DNA of 64,000 nucleotides. Source: Candidatus Obscuribacterales bacterium (GTDB lineage: Bacteria; Cyanobacteriota; Vampirovibrionia; Obscuribacterales; Obscuribacteraceae). Below the pieces are notes generated by a model. It did no database searches. It had not been told where the DNA came from and saw only the letters and a list, made by a program, of their open reading frames with translations. The position numbers and the translations under genes were made by a program. Within the stretch, counting starts at the first letter, position 1. Each line of letters opens with the position of its first letter. This document shows, piece after piece, positions 59,546 through 64,000 of this stretch. Location of the stretch: assembly GCA_965228855.1 (NCBI GenBank), contig CBDDIJ010000003.1:2656001-2720000 (forward strand), given 5' to 3'.

Positions 59546-60050
59546 CACTCTTGAACCAAGTTTCTTGCAAATCCGCTCATCCCAGCTCAAACCTCGATAA
59601 TATCTAGGTTTCAGGACCTGAGATTAGAGGTCGCCACCGCCAAATCAAATGTCCACCATTAGACGACAAGACCCTAAGAGGATTAGATGAGGCAAGTTAG
59701 GTCCTGGCGTCTAACCTTCGAAACCTGCCGACTCACTCACTGACAAGGGAGGCTCAGGAGCGCGCCGCGCAAACTCGTTCGGTCGTCACCAAGCTCTCAA
59801 TCGGCCGTCACCCAGTTCCCACTCCGCCGTAACGTTCCTCCTTCTATATTTAAGCCAACTCCGCGTGAAGATCCGCCCGCAGGCGGGTAAGTATCTTATG
59901 CGCACGTACGCAATCCGATGCGCCGCCGCGATGGCGTAAATGCAATGAGATTCGGGCAGACAGGACAATCCTGGGCTCGCTCGCAAACTGGGAAACTGGC
60001 TGGCTTAGGCGCAATCGGAAAACCTGAAAGCGCTATCTGGGAATCTGAGC

Positions 60051-61106
60051 GTGAATTTCGACGAGAATCGATCAGCAGAAGAAAAAGCCTGGGCGGTCGC
60101 ATGCGATCCATCTGCTTCTGAAAAGCAGTGGGTGGCAGCTTGCACGCTTCTGGACGGAAAACAGCCAATAACTACCCACCGAAAAAAACTACCGCAATCC
60201 GTCGGTCTCCCGTGGTCGCTCTGTGTCAGCGGTCTCAGCGGGCTCGGTGCCTTCATGATATTCGGCTTGATGTCCTTTGGCGCCTGTGAGGGCATCTCCA
60301 CCCTGACAGGAGTGTTCCATACACTCTCGACGCCACATGCCTTCTCGCTCCTGAGCGCCGCCTTCATAGCATTCAGTGCCGTCTTCACTTACCAGCAACA
60401 CATCTGGGGCGGCGGCCGAGCCTGGACTGCTTTGCACTACGGTCTGGTCGCTGGCGGCGCCATTCTGCCACTGACCGAACTTATGACCGCCCCCGCCGCA
60501 CTCGGCACCACAGGACTGCTACTCTGGAGCATCGGCTTCATGGGAGTCTCAGCGATTTCTTCCAAAATGACTCAACATTCGATCAAAGCACTGGAATCAA
60601 CCGTGGGTGCCAACCGTGTCGTGCCGTATAGCCGCGGAATTTTTGCCACAGCCGGAGCCCTCCTCTTAACTTTTACAGCCGTGCCCATCATGTTCGTCAT
60701 TTTCTCATCGATATGGGTAATCATTCCAGGAATTCTGCTGCTCTCCGGCTATGGAATCGCCAGAGCCAATAACGCCTACAACCCGCAGACAGCGGGAACT
60801 CTAGCACTCGCCGCCTGGAACCCGGTAATTCTCGCCAATGTCATCCTGATTCCGACGTTGCTCGCCTACTCAATTCTCTCGCTGTTTTTGCCACTCATGC
60901 CGATTTCATTGACCGATTTCGCCGTCGGTCTATTGACGCTGGCAGCATTCGGAGCAGGTCCGTTCGTCGGAGCACAAATTGGCGCGTTCGTTCAACGACG
61001 AGCCCGCGAACTGGAATTGCATAGAACGCCGATAGATTTGATTGCCCAAACGTCGCCACCGTCGCATCAAATAAATGCGGACGACTCGCTATGTGAGCCG
61101 ACCTAG
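60051..61106 (+). CDS. Multi-pass membrane protein, paralog A
   Basis: About 8 TMs; N-terminal AWAVACDPSASEKQWVAACTLLDGK shared with the next gene. Confidence 0.75.
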   Translation: MNFDENRSAEEKAWAVACDPSASEKQWVAACTLLDGKQPITTHRKKLPQSVGLPWSLCVSGLSGLGAFMIFGLMSFGACEGISTLTGVFHTLSTPHAFSLLSAAFIAFSAVFTYQQHIWGGGRAWTALHYGLVAGGAILPLTELMTAPAALGTTGLLLWSIGFMGVSAISSKMTQHSIKALESTVGANRVVPYSRGIFATAGALLLTFTAVPIMFVIFSSIWVIIPGILLLSGYGIARANNAYNPQTAGTLALAAWNPVILANVILIPTLLAYSILSLFLPLMPISLTDFAVGLLTLAAFGAGPFVGAQIGAFVQRRARELELHRTPIDLIAQTSPPSHQINADDSLCEPT

Positions 61107-61134
61107 TCGGGAGATGCGAAAAGGAAGGTACAGG

Positions 61135-62328
61135 ATGTCCAACCTCAGCCCGAAAACACATCAGCACGCTTGGGCCATCGCGAGCGATCCTGCCGCGTCG
61201 GAGGAGAAATGGATTGCAGCGGTGACGTTGCTCGACGGGAAGACGTCACTTTCACCTGTCGACAGTCGGGTTCCAGGTTGGCTGAGATTGCCATGGGCAC
61301 TGACGATCGCGTCTTGTGGAACAAGCGGAGCTGTCTTCCTCCTGGTGCTCTCGCAGTTGCTGATATGTTCGCGAATTGCGGAGATGCTTCCTTTCGCCTC
61401 ATCCGCATCTCACACTGCTGCGGCCGTCCTGGTATGGATGGTGCCCAGCCTGGTGTTCAGTATGTTGTTCACCTACCAGCGCATGCTGTTCAATGGTGGC
61501 AGAACCTGGCCGTTGATTCAATGGGGTGTAGTTCTCGGCTACATCACCTCGATCTCACTCGTCGCTATAGACGGTCAGCCAGTTCAGTTGATGGACGGCA
61601 TTCTCCTCGGTTTGTGGAACCTCACGTGCATCGGCGTCGCAGCCGGCGGCACAAAAATGGCAAAGACCTCGTACAAATGCCTGGAGAGCACAATCGGAGC
61701 CCGAAAAGTTGTCGTTCCGATGACAAACATCTTCGCCGGCGTGCCGCTGTTTCTGGGCGGTTCAATAATAGTTCTCCATGCAACCGGCGTATTTTTGCTC
61801 TCACCTCACTTCATTTGCGCGCTTGTCGCAATGGTGGTTGGAGGCTCGTGTTATGCAGTTTATAAGCTGAATGCGAGCAATGCCAATAGCGCTCGCGCCA
61901 TTGCAATGTTCCTATGGAGTCCGATGATCATGTCGAACTTGCTGCTGCTCCCTGCTCTTGCAGGCACGCACGCGTGGCTGGCACTGACGGGAACGCGGAT
62001 GGTCTCCTGGGTCGACTATCTCGGCGCAGTCACCGGATTGGTTCTATCGATAGCAACACCGCTCATCGGAGCGACTCTAGCAAGCAAACATCTTCAAGCG
62101 CGAGCAGCGCTCGGCCTGTCGAACAACAACAGTCTGTTAAACAGCAACAGCCTTGCAAACAACTCAAGCCTGTCAAATGTGGATAGCCTGGCAATCAGTA
62201 ATAGCCACGAAAACAGCGCCTCCGAGAACTTGCTGAATAACGCTCCATTGCCTGCCGAACCAAGTTTAGCGGGCACCACGAGTGATACCAGCATCGCCGC
62301 CCTGGGTGTTAACTCCAGTCCAGCCTGA
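61135..62328 (+). CDS. Multi-pass membrane protein, paralog B
   Basis: AWAIASDPAASEEKWIAAVTLLDGK; shares FTYQ, GGR.W and LESTxGA with paralog A; Asn/Ser/Leu-rich tail. Confidence 0.75.
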   Translation: MSNLSPKTHQHAWAIASDPAASEEKWIAAVTLLDGKTSLSPVDSRVPGWLRLPWALTIASCGTSGAVFLLVLSQLLICSRIAEMLPFASSASHTAAAVLVWMVPSLVFSMLFTYQRMLFNGGRTWPLIQWGVVLGYITSISLVAIDGQPVQLMDGILLGLWNLTCIGVAAGGTKMAKTSYKCLESTIGARKVVVPMTNIFAGVPLFLGGSIIVLHATGVFLLSPHFICALVAMVVGGSCYAVYKLNASNANSARAIAMFLWSPMIMSNLLLLPALAGTHAWLALTGTRMVSWVDYLGAVTGLVLSIATPLIGATLASKHLQARAALGLSNNNSLLNSNSLANNSSLSNVDSLAISNSHENSASENLLNNAPLPAEPSLAGTTSDTSIAALGVNSSPA

Positions 62329-62345
62329 AATCCACTACCGTCCCC

Positions 62346-63524
62346 TTAGAACAGCGCTTCCACGAACAGATCCGGCTCGAAGTCACGAAGCTCGTCAATC
62401 TTCTCACCCAGTCCTATAAGCTTAACGGGGATCTTCAGATCCTTTGCGATACTGAATACGACACCACCTTTCGCGGTGCCATCGAGCTTAGTCAAAATAA
62501 CACCTGTAAGCCTGCAAACTTCGGTGAACAATTTCGCTTGTTGCAAACCGTTTTGTCCGGTCGATGCATCGAGCACAAGCAGGCACTCAAGCGGCAAGTC
62601 TTTGCCGTGCTTTTCCACAACTCCGCGAATTTTCGAGAGTTCTGCCATCAAATTGGATTTATTGTGCAGCCGACCGGCTGTGTCGATCAGCAAACAGTCG
62701 TAATTTTCTTTTTTAGCCTTATCGATAGCAGTGAAAACGACCGCTCCTGGATCAGCATTGTCGCCGAGTCTTACGATATCAACGCCGCTGCGCTCAGACC
62801 AGATTTCCAGTTGGGATTCAGCCGCCGCGCGGAAAGTGTCGCCTGCAGCAAGAAGCACTTTCTTTCCTTCTTGCTTGAAACGCCATGCAACTTTTCCAAT
62901 GCTGGTCGTCTTTCCAACACCGTTAACGCCAACGATCAAATAGATGTTGACCGTTCCCGGAGTGTTCTTTAACTCAGCCGATGGAGCAGCTTTCAGAATA
63001 CTTTGAAATTCGGATTTGAGAAATTGAACAACGTCTTTGCGACTCCACGATTTGCCTCTCGCTTCCTTGCGAAGGTGGGCGATCATTTCCTGAACGTTGG
63101 TCAACCCGATATCAGCTTTGATAAGCTTTTCTTCGAGGTCCTCGAGGTAATCTTCATCAATGGCGATGGTTGCACCGGATGAACCAGCTTCTGACTTCGG
63201 CACCAGGGGCGGTGCTTCCTGTACGCTCGTTGCGGCGCCTCCGTGAACAGAGCCCGGATTTACACCTCCGTTACCAGCCTCGTCTTCACCGGCTTGGGTG
63301 CGTGTCGGATAACCGGAATCGTCGGCTTCAACCTGAGTTGGATCCTGCGCTGTGTGTGATTGATAAACGGGTGGCTCAGTCGAAGTCTGGCTTGGCGGCA
63401 GGTCCGCTGCGATTTCATCATCTACGGAGCCAGTAATTTGAGTTTTGGTTTTCGACAGAGCTGTTTTCAGCTTAGAAAGAGTCGAGCCCCAAAAGCCTTT
63501 CCGTTCGCCGGATTCGTCTACCAT
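62346..63524 (-). CDS. ftsY: Signal recognition particle receptor FtsY
   Basis: GVNGVGKTT, DTFRAAA, DTAGR, TKLDGTAKGG; RBS GAGG before ATG 63524. Confidence 0.97.
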   Translation of the reverse strand: MVDESGERKGFWGSTLSKLKTALSKTKTQITGSVDDEIAADLPPSQTSTEPPVYQSHTAQDPTQVEADDSGYPTRTQAGEDEAGNGGVNPGSVHGGAATSVQEAPPLVPKSEAGSSGATIAIDEDYLEDLEEKLIKADIGLTNVQEMIAHLRKEARGKSWSRKDVVQFLKSEFQSILKAAPSAELKNTPGTVNIYLIVGVNGVGKTTSIGKVAWRFKQEGKKVLLAAGDTFRAAAESQLEIWSERSGVDIVRLGDNADPGAVVFTAIDKAKKENYDCLLIDTAGRLHNKSNLMAELSKIRGVVEKHGKDLPLECLLVLDASTGQNGLQQAKLFTEVCRLTGVILTKLDGTAKGGVVFSIAKDLKIPVKLIGLGEKIDELRDFEPDLFVEALF

Positions 63525-63574
63525 CCTGTCCTCACTTACGTTTAAACTGCGCCGCGTCGAAAACAAAATCGCGA

Positions 63575-64000
63575 CTAACGAACTTTTTCACCATTAGAAT
63601 CACTAATGGTCGGAATTCTCAATTCGCCGGTCTCCCGGAAATATTCAGCTTCTTCAACCAGATCTGCAAGAATCCCATTGATTAACTTGGCCGCTTTCTT
63701 ATCGGCAAAGCGATGGCATAGCTCGACAGCTTCGTTGATGGCAACTTTCACCGGAATCTCCGGCATGAAAAATGCCTCAGCGCAAGCCAATCGAAGAATG
63801 TCTCTGTCGATACTGACCATGCGTTCCATCTTCCATTTTGAACGCGCAGACTTAATAAATTCATCGATCAAATTTCTGTTTTGAGCGTACGCGGAAACAA
63901 GCTGGATTAGAAAATTTCTCACTTCAGACTTGTCATTGCGGTCAAGAACGACTGTTTGAACGTGTTTGCACTTTGAGCAAGGAATTTCGATTCTTCCACG
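63575..64000 (-). CDS. nusB: Transcription antitermination factor NusB, 3' part (frame open to window end)
   Basis: WKMERM..IDRDILRLA, VAINEAVEL, INGILA; frame continues upstream as RGRIEIPCSKCKHVQTVVLDRNDKSEV. Confidence 0.9.
   Translation of the reverse strand, partial: RGRIEIPCSKCKHVQTVVLDRNDKSEVRNFLIQLVSAYAQNRNLIDEFIKSARSKWKMERMVSIDRDILRLACAEAFFMPEIPVKVAINEAVELCHRFADKKAAKLINGILADLVEEAEYFRETGELRIPTISDSNGEKVR

Noticed and set aside
59544..59560. 6S RNA call from resemblance of GACAC..CTTGAACCAAG to E. coli 6S
   Set aside because: The match is short and there is no complementary GGTTCAAG partner; kept only as an unclassified structured-RNA candidate nearby.

Overview
Chromosomal window of a bacterium most consistent with a non-photosynthetic cyanobacterial relative (Melainabacteria/Vampirovibrionia, Obscuribacterales-like). 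This is inferred from the cyanobacterial-type gene pairs lysA-cdaA and nusB-ftsY, DUF2993, GerMN and Uma2 genes, many Hanks kinases and TPR proteins, and the absence of photosynthesis genes. Housekeeping genes include folC, rpmE, pyrF, lysA, cdaA, serS, pdxS/pdxT with a MocR regulator, an acyl-CoA synthetase, ftsY and nusB. The most striking feature is a strongly divergent, stand-alone RNA polymerase beta subunit paralog (12579-16370) with no rpoC downstream. It has substitutions in the rifampicin pocket, fork loop, flap tip and His1237 position, plus an acidic ~200 aa tail. It is translationally coupled to a secreted TPR protein and followed by a VirB2/TrbC-pilin-like protein, a secreted protein, a Replic_Relax-like protein and a LysM-like/RlpA wall enzyme. 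Second, an ArsC-family selenoprotein (UxxC, in-frame TGA, SECIS-like hairpin) lies at 299-646 and is truncated by the ORF track. Other notable items are a nested structured intergenic repeat block, tandem paralog pairs, a REC-LuxR-kinase hybrid and candidate structured RNAs. No tRNA, rRNA, CRISPR array or transposase was recognised. All family assignments come from motif recognition by eye, not database searches.
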